DNA from: Pedobacter sp.
GTDB lineage: Bacteria; Desulfobacterota; Desulfuromonadia; Desulfuromonadales; Syntrophotaleaceae
DNA length: 64,000 nt
Assembly (NCBI GenBank): GCA_050253415.1
Contig: JBFWJC010000001.1
Location: 1-64,000, forward strand
Direction: 5' to 3'
Under the pieces are notes generated by a model that searched no databases, had not been told where the DNA came from, and worked only from the letters and a program-made list of their open reading frames with translations. Positions 47,344-57,200 of the stretch are shown in pieces. How positions within the stretch are numbered: position 1 is the stretch's first letter; every line of letters starts with the position of its first letter. Made by a program: the position numbers and the translations under genes.

Positions 47344-49602
47344 CTAATCGTCCGCCATCTCCTGCTCGAAGGTTCCGAAGGAGTGATCGAAAATCTCCAG
47401 CAGTTCGAGGCTCTGCTTCGACAGCATCATCGCATTGCCGACAATGGCGTAGTAAAGAATGCTCAGACGAGTCTTACAGGTATTGTCGTAAATCCGCGTA
47501 ACCTGGGTAGCGTTCAATTCAGCGGCCAGCGCCCGCAATTGCGCATCTTTGGCTATCAGCCGGTCGAGATTGGCGGTTTGCTTGCGGCTGAAGGTTTCCT
47601 CCACCTCCAGCAGGATTTCGTGCAGCAACTGACGGACCTGCTCCAGCTCTTGAATCTGCACCGGCAGCAACCCTTTGTGGTGGTTGCCGACATGGGTGTA
47701 GGCACGCAAGACGATATCCCGATAACCGTCGTTGAGTTTCTGCAGGCGACGGATGGTCTGGGCATACTTGTGTGAAACCGCCAGCCCTTTCTGGTCAAGC
47801 AAACGCATCGCCTTGAAAACATTGGCGCTGATGATGTTCGCCCACTGCTGAACCTTCTTGAGGTTTTTCCGCTCCACCCCAAGACGGTCGAAACTCTGCC
47901 GGAACAGCGCATCGAGGGCAACATCGAGGGATACGCGAATCTCCTTGAGCAGGAAACTCATATGTTCAAAGGTGGTCTCGACACCGGCACCCGGATCGGC
48001 TACCGACTTGAGGTTAAAGACCTTTTCCCTCTGGGCATCTTCCGCCATGGCCTTGTGCTTGCGGTGCGCATTCCACATCAGCGTCCCGGCCAGGGCCAGC
48101 AGGATGATCACACCCAGCACCTTTCCGTAGAAAATGACGGTGGCGAACAGAGCCGCAAAGGTGAAAGCAATGATCGCGGTCATGAACCAGCCGCCGATGA
48201 CGGCCAACACCCCGGTGACGCGATAGACGGCGCTTTCGCGCCCCCAGGCCCGGTCGGCGAAGGAGCTGCCCATAGCGACCATGAACGTCACATAGGTGGT
48301 CGAAAGGGGGAGTTTATTGGCGGTAGCGAAAGAAACCACAGCGCTGGCCACCATCAGGTTGACCGAGGCGCGCAGCAGATCGAAGGACGGTTTTTGCCCC
48401 TCGGCCGTCGCCGAAGAAACCACGCTGGGGTCAAGACGGTGGCTGATCCAGGTGCGCACCCCCTGGGGGATGATAAGCCTGGCCGTCTCGAACAGATGCA
48501 GGACCAACCGTACCAGAGCTCTTGAAATGAAGATCGATTCGAAACGCTCGTTGCCTTCTTCCTGCTGGCTGAGTCGAAGTTCTGTCTCGGTGACGGTTCT
48601 GGCCTTTTTGGACAGCCACAGGGTAGCGACCATGATCGCCCCGGCCAGTAGCAGCAGGGCCGTCTGCGACTGCACCTTTTCACCGAGCACGCCCATGGTG
48701 GCCGTGAGCGGATCAGCTGTTGCCATGGCCGCCTTGAACGCATTCAGCCCGGCCAGAGGTACACCGATAAAGTTTACCAGGTCGTTGGCGGCAAAGGCCA
48801 TCGCCAGGGCAAAGGTACCGACCAGCACGATCGGTTTCAGGATATTGACCTTCATCAGCTGCAGGATCTGCAGCAAAATGGCGGATGCGACAAAAATGAT
48901 CAGCAGCAGCAGAACCGTGTGGGATTTGATCCAGGCAGCGTTCTGCGCCGAGATGAAGGAAGCCCCCTTGGCTCCCTTGACCAAAATGAAATAGTTGATC
49001 GATGACAGCGCCACCCCGCCCCAAAGCGCACCGTAACGCTTGATCCGGCGCTGGTAGTCAAACGTAAACAGCAACCGGGTGAAAAACTGGATCACGGCTC
49101 CGCAGACAAAGGAGATCGCTACCGATAGCAGAATCCCCATGATGATGGTGATTGCCTTGGCCGAGTTGATGTACTGAACAACCGTTACCAGGCTGTCGCC
49201 GGCCTGCATGACCTTAAGCATCGATAGGGCCACGGCGGCGCCGAGCAATTCGAACACGACCGAGACGGTAGTGGAAGTGGGCAGCCCGTAGGTATTAAAC
49301 AGATCCAGCAGCAGAATATCGGTGATCATGACGGCCAGAAAGATCGTCAAAAGCTCCGGCATGGTAAAGAACTGGGGATGAAAAATACCTTTGCGTGCTA
49401 CCTCCATCATACCGCTGGAAAAGGTCACCCCGGCCATGATCCCGACGCTGGCGATGACCATGATGGTGGCTCGCGACGCAACCCGCGAACCGATGGATGA
49501 ATTGAGAAAATTGACCGCATCGTTGCTCACCCCGACCAGGATGTCGAGGACTGCGATGATACCGAGAATGATAACCCCGGCGAGAAGAATCTCACTGCTC
49601 AT
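47344..49602 (-). CDS. Inorganic phosphate transporter (PiT/PHO4 family) with C-terminal PhoU-like helical domain
   Basis: GVSNDAVN, GLPTSTT, FAANDLVN, LPLSTTYV motifs. Confidence 0.88.
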   Translation of the reverse strand: MSSEILLAGVIILGIIAVLDILVGVSNDAVNFLNSSIGSRVASRATIMVIASVGIMAGVTFSSGMMEVARKGIFHPQFFTMPELLTIFLAVMITDILLLDLFNTYGLPTSTTVSVVFELLGAAVALSMLKVMQAGDSLVTVVQYINSAKAITIIMGILLSVAISFVCGAVIQFFTRLLFTFDYQRRIKRYGALWGGVALSSINYFILVKGAKGASFISAQNAAWIKSHTVLLLLIIFVASAILLQILQLMKVNILKPIVLVGTFALAMAFAANDLVNFIGVPLAGLNAFKAAMATADPLTATMGVLGEKVQSQTALLLLAGAIMVATLWLSKKARTVTETELRLSQQEEGNERFESIFISRALVRLVLHLFETARLIIPQGVRTWISHRLDPSVVSSATAEGQKPSFDLLRASVNLMVASAVVSFATANKLPLSTTYVTFMVAMGSSFADRAWGRESAVYRVTGVLAVIGGWFMTAIIAFTFAALFATVIFYGKVLGVIILLALAGTLMWNAHRKHKAMAEDAQREKVFNLKSVADPGAGVETTFEHMSFLLKEIRVSLDVALDALFRQSFDRLGVERKNLKKVQQWANIISANVFKAMRLLDQKGLAVSHKYAQTIRRLQKLNDGYRDIVLRAYTHVGNHHKGLLPVQIQELEQVRQLLHEILLEVEETFSRKQTANLDRLIAKDAQLRALAAELNATQVTRIYDNTCKTRLSILYYAIVGNAMMLSKQSLELLEIFDHSFGTFEQEMADD

Positions 49603-49880
49603 GATGTTATCTAATCCTTTCCACCTCGGCCCTGTCTTTATCCCCTTCGCCAAAGGCTATATCAAACATACCAAGAGGCGACGGGATGAAAAGGGACCGG
49701 TTGTGTTTTCTGTCTTCGTACGACGGATTCCGGTTCACCGACAACCTTTTCCCGCAAAAAACCGGGCAGCCCCGTAAGGGTCTGTCCGGCTACGGTTGTG
49801 TCTGCTCCACCGAGTAATATCTACACAAACTCCATTGATTCGGACCTTCGAAAAAATGCCCGCACCATATATCAGGGGAA

Positions 49881-49908
49881 TGTTAGGTTTGTGTTAGCGC
49901 GAAATTAA
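49881..49908 (-). promoter_or_regulatory. Possible Pho-box-like direct repeats upstream of phosphate transporter
   Basis: TGTTAG at 49881 and 49892 (11-bp period), degenerate third unit at 49903. Confidence 0.45.
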
Positions 49909-50148
49909 ATTTTATTTGTTGCGGATGTCATGAAGACCGACAACCAAAATTTTTCGGGATTATTTCATACTCCTGCAAATAGTTCTATTGAAACAAGCTC
50001 GCTGGCTACTCTAAGTAGTCGGCAACGACAGAATGCCGATATCGCGACACTCATGATCCACGGTGAAAGGATCCTCTCCCTCCGCCTTGACCGGGTACTG
50101 GAAGGTGATGAGATCATCTTTTACGGTTGTATTTACCACAAGCCCCTC

Positions 50149-50209
50149 TTGACAGATATCGAAAATAAAGGGTATAAGCAAAAAACGCTTGAATGACTAC
50201 TCACACGAT
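50149..50209 (+). promoter_or_regulatory. Sigma70 promoter and ArsR/SmtB-type 12-2-12 operator
   Basis: TTGACA-18-TATAAG; AACGCTTGAATG-AC-TACTCACACGAT at 50184-50209. Confidence 0.55.
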
Positions 50210-50217
50210 CAGGAATC

Positions 50218-50571
50218 ATGACGGACGATATCTGCCAAATCAACTACGTGGACCAGGACCGGGTCGCCAGGGCCAGGTTGCGCATGCACGACGATCGCAC
50301 CATCGCCGAACTGGCCGAGATTTTCAAGGTGCTCTGTGAGCCAACCCGAATCCGCATCCTTCAGGCACTGACCGGAGAGGAATTGTGCGTTTGTGACCTC
50401 GCCGCCGTGGTCGAAACGACAGCCTCGGCCATTTCCCACCAACTGCGTCTGCTTCGCACCGCACGACTGGTCAAGTCGCGTAAAGACGGCAAAATGGTCT
50501 ACTACGCCTTGGACGACGTACATGTTCTGACACTTTTCGAGGAAGGGATCCGACATGTACTGGAAGGTTAG
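50218..50571 (+). CDS. ArsR/SmtB family metal-sensing repressor
   Basis: FKVLCEPTRIRIL, ELCVCDLA, SAISHQLRLLR, YALDDVHV. Confidence 0.93.
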   Translation: MTDDICQINYVDQDRVARARLRMHDDRTIAELAEIFKVLCEPTRIRILQALTGEELCVCDLAAVVETTASAISHQLRLLRTARLVKSRKDGKMVYYALDDVHVLTLFEEGIRHVLEG

Positions 50572-50605
50572 CGAATAACTGTATAAGCAAGGAGTTTTTT
50601 ACCCA

Positions 50606-50631
50606 AACACCTGAATATGTCTTCATGCGTT
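50606..50631 (+). promoter_or_regulatory. ArsR/SmtB-type operator before permease
   Basis: AACACCTGAATA-TG-TCTTCATGCGTT 12-2-12 imperfect palindrome. Confidence 0.6.
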
Positions 50632-50681
50632 CATCGACCTATTCCGTGGAAACGATCACCACACTTACAGAGGATACATAC

Positions 50682-51779
50682 ATGGCTGAAATAATACTGG
50701 GGATTCTGGCGGCATTCTGGGAAATTCTGACCGAATCGGCCCCTTTTGTGCTGTTCGGGTTTTTCGCTGCCGGCGTGCTCAAAGCCTTGGTTCCCGCTGA
50801 CATGGTGGCCCGCCACCTGGGAAAGAACAGTACCGCATCGGTACTGAAAGCCTCGTTGTTCGGCATACCTTTGCCACTGTGCTCATGCGGCGTAATCCCG
50901 GCGGCCATCGGGCTGCGCAAACAGGGTGCGGGGAAAGGGGCTACCGCAGCGTTTCTGGTCTCCGTGCCGGAAACCGGTGTCGATTCCATGGCCATCACCT
51001 GGGCCTTGCTCGATCCGGTCATGACTGTCATTCGGCCGATCGCCGCGTTTTTCACCGCCGTGATCACCGGTCTCTTGATCAACCGCCTGCCTGAAGAACC
51101 TGCTACTCCGACCGTCGCCGGCAACCAGCACGGCCACTGCGGATGCTCTTCCTCCTGCAGCAGCAACCAGGACACCCACGCCTCCCGGGCACCTCTGGGG
51201 TACCGCTTGCGGGACGGTCTGAGCTACGCTTTCGGCGATCTGCTGGGAGACATCGGCAAATGGCTGCTGATCGGTATTGGCATCGCCGGGGTTATTTCCT
51301 ATATCCTCCCAGAAGATTTCTTTCTACGCACCATGAACAGCGAGTGGCTGTCCCTGCTACTGATGCTGGGAGTGGGAATTCCGCTCTATATCTGTGCCAG
51401 CGCCTCCACTCCCATCGCCGCCGCGCTGGTCCTCAAAGGGCTTTCTCCCGGCGCGGCACTGGTTTTTTTGCTGGCCGGTCCGGCTACCAACCCGGCCACC
51501 ATCACGGTGGTGGCCCGATATCTGGGAAAATCGGCGGTCATTATCTACCTGATAGCTATCGCCTGCTGCTCCCTGGCCCTTGGCTGGCTCACCAACCGCC
51601 TCTACTCCTGGATCGGTCTGGACATCACCCGCTGGGTCAGCGAAACCGGTTCGGCCGCCGACTCGCCCATGATGGTGGTTGCGGCTGGAGCGTTGCTGTT
51701 CCTGTTGGCCCGCTGCTACTGGCCGCGTCCGAGAACGACCAGCCCCTGCTGCGCCAACACTGAAGGCAGCCATTCCTGA
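50682..51779 (+). CDS. DUF318 / SO_0444-type heavy-metal efflux permease
   Basis: PLPLCSCGVIP, PETGVDS, His/Cys-rich loop, PLYICASASTP, LAGPATN. Confidence 0.88.
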   Translation: MAEIILGILAAFWEILTESAPFVLFGFFAAGVLKALVPADMVARHLGKNSTASVLKASLFGIPLPLCSCGVIPAAIGLRKQGAGKGATAAFLVSVPETGVDSMAITWALLDPVMTVIRPIAAFFTAVITGLLINRLPEEPATPTVAGNQHGHCGCSSSCSSNQDTHASRAPLGYRLRDGLSYAFGDLLGDIGKWLLIGIGIAGVISYILPEDFFLRTMNSEWLSLLLMLGVGIPLYICASASTPIAAALVLKGLSPGAALVFLLAGPATNPATITVVARYLGKSAVIIYLIAIACCSLALGWLTNRLYSWIGLDITRWVSETGSAADSPMMVVAAGALLFLLARCYWPRPRTTSPCCANTEGSHS

Positions 51780-52069
51780 AATCCCTGTTGACCGTGATAC
51801 AAGCCCCTCTTGCTATCCCCTCATACGAAATATCCGATCCATGAGTCCGATGTGACTCATGGATCGAACCGTTTAAAGACACCCTTTCAGGCATTTTGCG
51901 GGTTGATCTTCTCCGGTTCCACGGATATCCTTGCCTTCGAAAAAAATGTTAAAAAGACCAAGGGGTCGCCCTAAGCATCCACATCGGCATCATCGGCTTT
52001 GGCCACAGGCAAAACCTTACGCAGCCGAATTGCAACCACAACCCGAAGACAGACCTACCGGAAGACATT

Positions 52070-53053
52070 ATGAACCAGCGTAAAAACCTTATGGCCCTTC
52101 TGCTCCTGGTCTGCAGTTTTCTATCGATAACGGGAAGCTGCCCGGCAAGTTCAAAAGCAGACTCTCTCTCACCTCAGGCGGAACCAAGCAGACAGATGAT
52201 GTCCCTGAATCAGGCCATCGTTCTGGGAACCATCGAAGGCTTGACAGAATACCTGCCGGTCAGTTCCACCGGCCATCTGCTGATCGCGGGACGCTTCATG
52301 AACATCGGCGGCACCTCGTCCGCCTCACCGGCCACTTCCGTCAAGGAGGCGCTTGACGCCTACACCATCTGCATTCAGATTGGAGCCATCCTCGCCGTGC
52401 TGGGGTTGTATTTTCGCCGAGTGCGGCAGATGTGGCGCGGCCTGCTAGGCAAAGACGTCCAGGGGCGCCGATTGTTGCTCAACGTAGTCGCAGGCTTTGT
52501 ACCGGCCGGGGTGATCGGGCTGCTCTTCAACGGCATGATCAAAACCTATCTGTTCGGCACTTGGCCCGTGATCGTGGCCTGGTTGGTCGGCGGATGGGCG
52601 ATCCTCGTCGTCTGCTGGCGCAACAAAGCCAAGCATCGTCCCGACGACTGCGGCCAGTCGATCGAGGAAATGTGCTGGCGCATGGCCCTGGTCATCGGCT
52701 TTGCCCAATGCATCGCCATGTGGCCGGGCGTCAGCCGCAGCCTGGTGACCATTGTCGGCGGCCTGCTGATCGGCCTGTCCGTGCCGGCGGCGGTGGAATT
52801 CAGCTTCCTGCTCGGTCTGGTCACCCTCGGCGCCGCCACCGGCTACGATCTCCTCAAGCATGGCCAACTCATGCTGCAGACCTTCGACGCCTTGACCCTT
52901 GCCGTCGGCATCGCGGTGGCTTTCATTGCGGCGATCCTGTCGGTGAAGTGGATGGTGAGCTACCTGCACCGCCACGGACTGGTCATTTTCGGATATTACC
53001 GGGTGGGATTGGCGCTGGTTACGGGAGTAATGCTGATGACCGGGACGCTCTGA
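52070..53053 (+). CDS. uppP: Undecaprenyl-diphosphate phosphatase with N-terminal extension
   Basis: EGLTEYLPVSSTGH, IQIGAILA, PGVSRS, EFSFLL, FGYYRV. Confidence 0.93.
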   Translation: MNQRKNLMALLLLVCSFLSITGSCPASSKADSLSPQAEPSRQMMSLNQAIVLGTIEGLTEYLPVSSTGHLLIAGRFMNIGGTSSASPATSVKEALDAYTICIQIGAILAVLGLYFRRVRQMWRGLLGKDVQGRRLLLNVVAGFVPAGVIGLLFNGMIKTYLFGTWPVIVAWLVGGWAILVVCWRNKAKHRPDDCGQSIEEMCWRMALVIGFAQCIAMWPGVSRSLVTIVGGLLIGLSVPAAVEFSFLLGLVTLGAATGYDLLKHGQLMLQTFDALTLAVGIAVAFIAAILSVKWMVSYLHRHGLVIFGYYRVGLALVTGVMLMTGTL

Positions 53054-53206
53054 GCTTTTGCCGTGTTACCGATACTCGACCCAGCAAGTTCTGCGAATCG
53101 TTTCCTCCCCCAGGGATGCCACAGGGCTCCGGAATAAAGAATGGCCGCTGATGACAATCCCTATCTCAGCGGCCCTGAAAAACCGGCAGAAAGGCAGGAC
53201 CAACCA

Positions 53207-53353
53207 TCAGTGGATGCTGATCCGTTTGCGCGCCTTCTGCGCTTCGGGCGATTTGGGCAGGCAAACCTTGAGTACGCCGTTTTTGAAGGTCGCGTCGATC
53301 TTATCCTCAACCACTTCGGTCGACAGGGGAATGGTCCTGTGAAAGGAGCGTGA
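53207..53353 (-). pseudogene. 3' remnant of Hsp20 small heat-shock protein gene
   Basis: SFHRTIPL..EVVEDKIDATFKNGVLKVCLPKS...KRISI. Confidence 0.75.
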
Positions 53354-53356
53354 ACA

Positions 53357-53539
53357 ATGACTGGCAAAAAACAGAAATTCTGTGAAATTCAGGACACCGA
53401 AGAGCTCCGTTCGCATCTGATTCAGGGTGGGAAAATGACCTGCGCCAAGTGTTGCGCGACGTCAAACGACCCCGAGGAACTCTGCGAACCGGTCAAGACT
53501 CCCGGCGCCAACCTGTTCTGTGATGGATTTCTGGTGTAA
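53357..53539 (+). CDS. Small Cys-rich hypothetical protein
   Basis: GAAAGGAG RBS; CAKCCATSNDPEELCEP motif; followed by terminator. Confidence 0.55.
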   Translation: MTGKKQKFCEIQDTEELRSHLIQGGKMTCAKCCATSNDPEELCEPVKTPGANLFCDGFLV

Positions 53540-53564
53540 GAAACCTTTATCCGACAATCGGAGA

Positions 53565-53603
53565 AATAAAAATGGTCCTGCCTCGTCGGACCGTTTTTTT
53601 TTG
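53565..53603. terminator. Bidirectional terminator, homologous to 61605-61646
   Basis: AAAAATGGTCC...GGACCGTTTTTTT. Confidence 0.6.
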
Positions 53604-53713
53604 CGGATAAACTTGATTTTTGCGGTCGGTATCCGCAATCGGCGCAGAACGTTCCGAAGCTTTTTCCCTTGCTTTAATCGGACACCTCTACCTTACCGAA
53701 GCAAGGACATAGC

Positions 53714-53758
53714 TTATACCAGCTTTCGGTCCAGGCTCCGGTACTGGATCGCCTCCGA
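53714..53758 (-). pseudogene. Extreme 3' tip of a second comM copy
   Basis: Translates [14 protein letters not shown] vs [14 protein letters not shown] of intact comM. Confidence 0.8.
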
Positions 53759-54206
53759 CTCGCAAAAGCCTCCTGACGGAAAGCCTTCATGCGCCGATAG
53801 TAGTTTTCCGGGAAGCATATATTCATGATTTTATTCCCTTCCTGACAGAATTAAAGTAAGTTGAAATAAACGGGAACATCTATATGTTGTTGGCCCATTT
53901 TACGGAGGTGTCGAAATTATGAGAGTTTCTGATGGTCGATGCGTCCGTATGCGCCTCTTGGAGGGTAAAGACACGGCTCGTCATTGGTTGCGCCTGCGGC
54001 GGCTATGGCGAGGGCGACGGCTTTGAGCGAGATATTTCCGAAATCAGGGTATAATCAAACGGAATCCGACTTTCAAAGCGGGGGCATTTGCGTCTGCAAG
54101 CGGTAGATTTTTCTAATGGCTTCTACCTTCCCAAAATGGAAAAACCAAGTTCTAAGGGGACCATACTTTTTTGCGGCGCTCACTTTTTCCTGAAATCGAG
54201 CTTTTC

Positions 54207-57200
54207 ATGACGAAAACAAATAAGGATGCTGACGCACTTAACGATAAGATTTTTTCGGACCCCTTATCGAATAAACCCGACCATTCGAAGACAACCACCA
54301 CCCTCGAAGACGGCAGCCCCAGATCCCAAGTGGAGACATCGGCCTCCGGGGAAGATGCACGGCGGTTGCAGAATGAAGAGGGCTTCCCCGTGGTTGCCCT
54401 TGGCGCTTCCGCCGGTGGCCTGCGTGCCCTGCAGGAGCTTTTCACCCACCTGCCTGCCGACACCGGCATGGCCTTCGTCGTAATCGTTCACCTGAGCAGC
54501 GAACATGAAAGCAATCTGCCGCAGTTGTTGGCCAAGTATACCGAAATGCCGGTTCACTCTACCGACGAGGCAAAAAGACTGGCACCGGACCAGGTTTTCG
54601 TCATCTCCGCCGATTGCACCCTCACCCTCAAAGATCGAATCCTGCAGCTCTCCGAACGGGAGAGGCTGCCGGGAAAATTCAAGCCGATCGACAGTTTTTT
54701 CGAATCGCTGGCAGACCAGCTGGAGAGAAAGTCGATTGGGGTTATCCTGTCAGGCACAGGTTCCGACGGCACCCGCGGCATCAAGGCGATCAGGGCGGGA
54801 GGCGGCATCACTTTCGCCCAGACCGAAGAAAGCGCCCAGTTTGCGGAAATGCCGCGCAATGCCGTCTTGTCGGGGAGCGTCGACTTCGTTCTGACCCCCG
54901 CGGATATCGCCCGACAACTTGGCGAGCTGGTCCAGTTGCCCCATTTACCCCCCCTTCCGCCGAGCGAAGAAAACGCCTCCGCGGACTGGAAAGAGATTCA
55001 CCGGTTGCTGAGCACAAAGGGGGGCGATTTCTCTCAATACAAGCAGGGCACCCTCCGGCGGCGAATTTCCCGGCGGATGTCGATCCACAAGACTGCCGAA
55101 CTGAGCGAATACGTGGCCTTCATAAAAGACCATCCCGAGGAACTCACGGCATTGCGCGAAGACCTGTTGATCAAGGTGACGGAGTTTTTCCGAGATGCCG
55201 AGATGTTCGAAGCCCTGGAGAAGAAGGTATTTCCGAAGATCCTGGCGTGCAAGCAAGACGGCGTGCCGATCCGGGTCTGGGTGCCCGGTTGCGCCAGCGG
55301 CGAAGAAGTCTACTCCCTGGCGATGGCCCTGGCCGAGTTTCAAGGGGAAAGCGGAACCTATTTACCGATGCAGATCTTCGGTACCGATGTCAGCGAAGAG
55401 GCCATCGAGAAGGCGCGCCAAGGCTTCTATGCGCAGGGGCAACTCTCCGGGGTTTCCCAAGAGCGCCTGAGAAAATTTTTCCTTCCCGCCACCGGCGGTT
55501 TCAAAGTCAAGAAGCACCTGCGCGAAATGTGTATTTTCGCCCGCCAGAACTTCATCAGCGATCCCCCATTTTCACGCCTGGACCTGATCAGTTGCCGCAA
55601 CGTCCTGATCTACTTCGACGCCTTACTGCAGAAAAATGTGTTTCCCCTCTTCCATTACGCCCTCAATCCTGACGGCTTTTTGGTGCTCGGCTCGGCCGAG
55701 AGTATCAGCCAGGCCGGAAATCTCTTCTCTGCCGTCGATGAAAAGAACCGGATCTTCGCCAAAAAAAAGACCGCGCAGCGCGAAACCTTCGCCTCCTGGA
55801 CCTACCACCAGGCCGGGCAGCCCTCTTCTCCGAAAAAGGTCCAGCCGTTTGACTATCGACAGAGAAAAACCGATGAACAAAAATTGCAGCGCGAGGTCGA
55901 TCGTTTCTTGCTGCGCAGGCTCGATCCGGTGGCGGTGGTGGTCGACAGCGCACTGAATGTCGTTCAATTCCGCGGCCACACCGCCCCCTTCATTGACCCC
56001 CAACCGGGCAAGGCGACCCTGAACTTGTTGAGAATCACCCGGGATACTTTGCGACTCGATCTGCAAGCCTTGCTTCGAAAGACCCAAGAACAGGGGACGA
56101 CCCAAGTCCGGGAACACTTGTACCGGGAAGCCGACCGGGAGTGCAGCCTCACCCTGGAGGCCAGCCCGTTGCAACTGGACCAGGAGCTCTTCTTTTTAAT
56201 CCGGTTTATACCGGGGCCCTCCCGGCCGTCCATACCCGAATCGGCCTCCGCTTTCGACCAGAGTAAAGAGCAGGTTCTCTGGCAGGAAAATCAGCGGCTC
56301 AAAAAAGAACTGGCGACCAGTTTGGAATTACTCCAAAAAATCCGCGAGGAAAAGGACGAGGCACTGGAGGATTTGAACGCCTCAAACGAGGAGGTCCTCT
56401 CCAGCAACGAGGAATTGCAGAGTATCAACGAGGAGCTTGAGACCTCCAAGGAAGAGCTGGAATCGAGCGTTGAAGAACTCAATACGGTGAATCAGGAACT
56501 CCAGGGACGGAACGAGGAACTGAAACAATCCCAGGGCGACCTGTACACCATCATCCAGAGCGTCCAGATCCCGTTTCTGATCCTCAACGAGGACCTGACG
56601 ATCCGCCGGATCAGCCCAAACGCGGAGCGAACCCTGAATATCTCCGCCGGCGATGTCGGGCGCAACGTGACCGAACTCAAATTAAGCTTCGAGCTTCCGG
56701 ACCTTCAAGGCACCCTGCTCAAGGTCATCCGGTCCGGGCGTGGCGAAGAACTCGAGATCCTTGGCCTCAACGGGCGCTGGTACCTGCTGCGCATCGACCC
56801 TATCGAGGGGAAAGAGCCCGCGAAAGGGGTGGTGCTGGCTCTTTTCGACATCGACCGCCTTAAGCGCAGCATCGAGGAGACGGAAAAAGCCTACAAATAT
56901 TCCCTGCGCATCGTCGACACCATCAAGGACCCCCTGCTGGTGCTCGATGAAAACCTTCGAGTCAAGAAAGCCAACCCCGCCTTTTACCAGAAGTTTCAAG
57001 TCAATCCGAAACAGACTGAAGGAAAAGAAATCTTTTCCCTGGGCGCGGGGCAGTGGGATCTGCCTGAACTGCGCAGCCTGCTTTCCGAAATCCTGCCGCA
57101 AAGCATGCAGATGGACAATTTCCAGGTGGAATTCGACTTTCCCCAACTGGGGCCACGAACGATGCAGCTATCCGCTCGCAGGATGAAAGCCACCTTTTCC

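Noticed and set aside
51836..51865. Perfect hairpin GATCCATGAGTC-CGATGT-GACTCATGGATC
   Set aside because: Single copy after the permease gene, no U-tract or partner repeat; cannot assign beyond a possible terminator/stability element.
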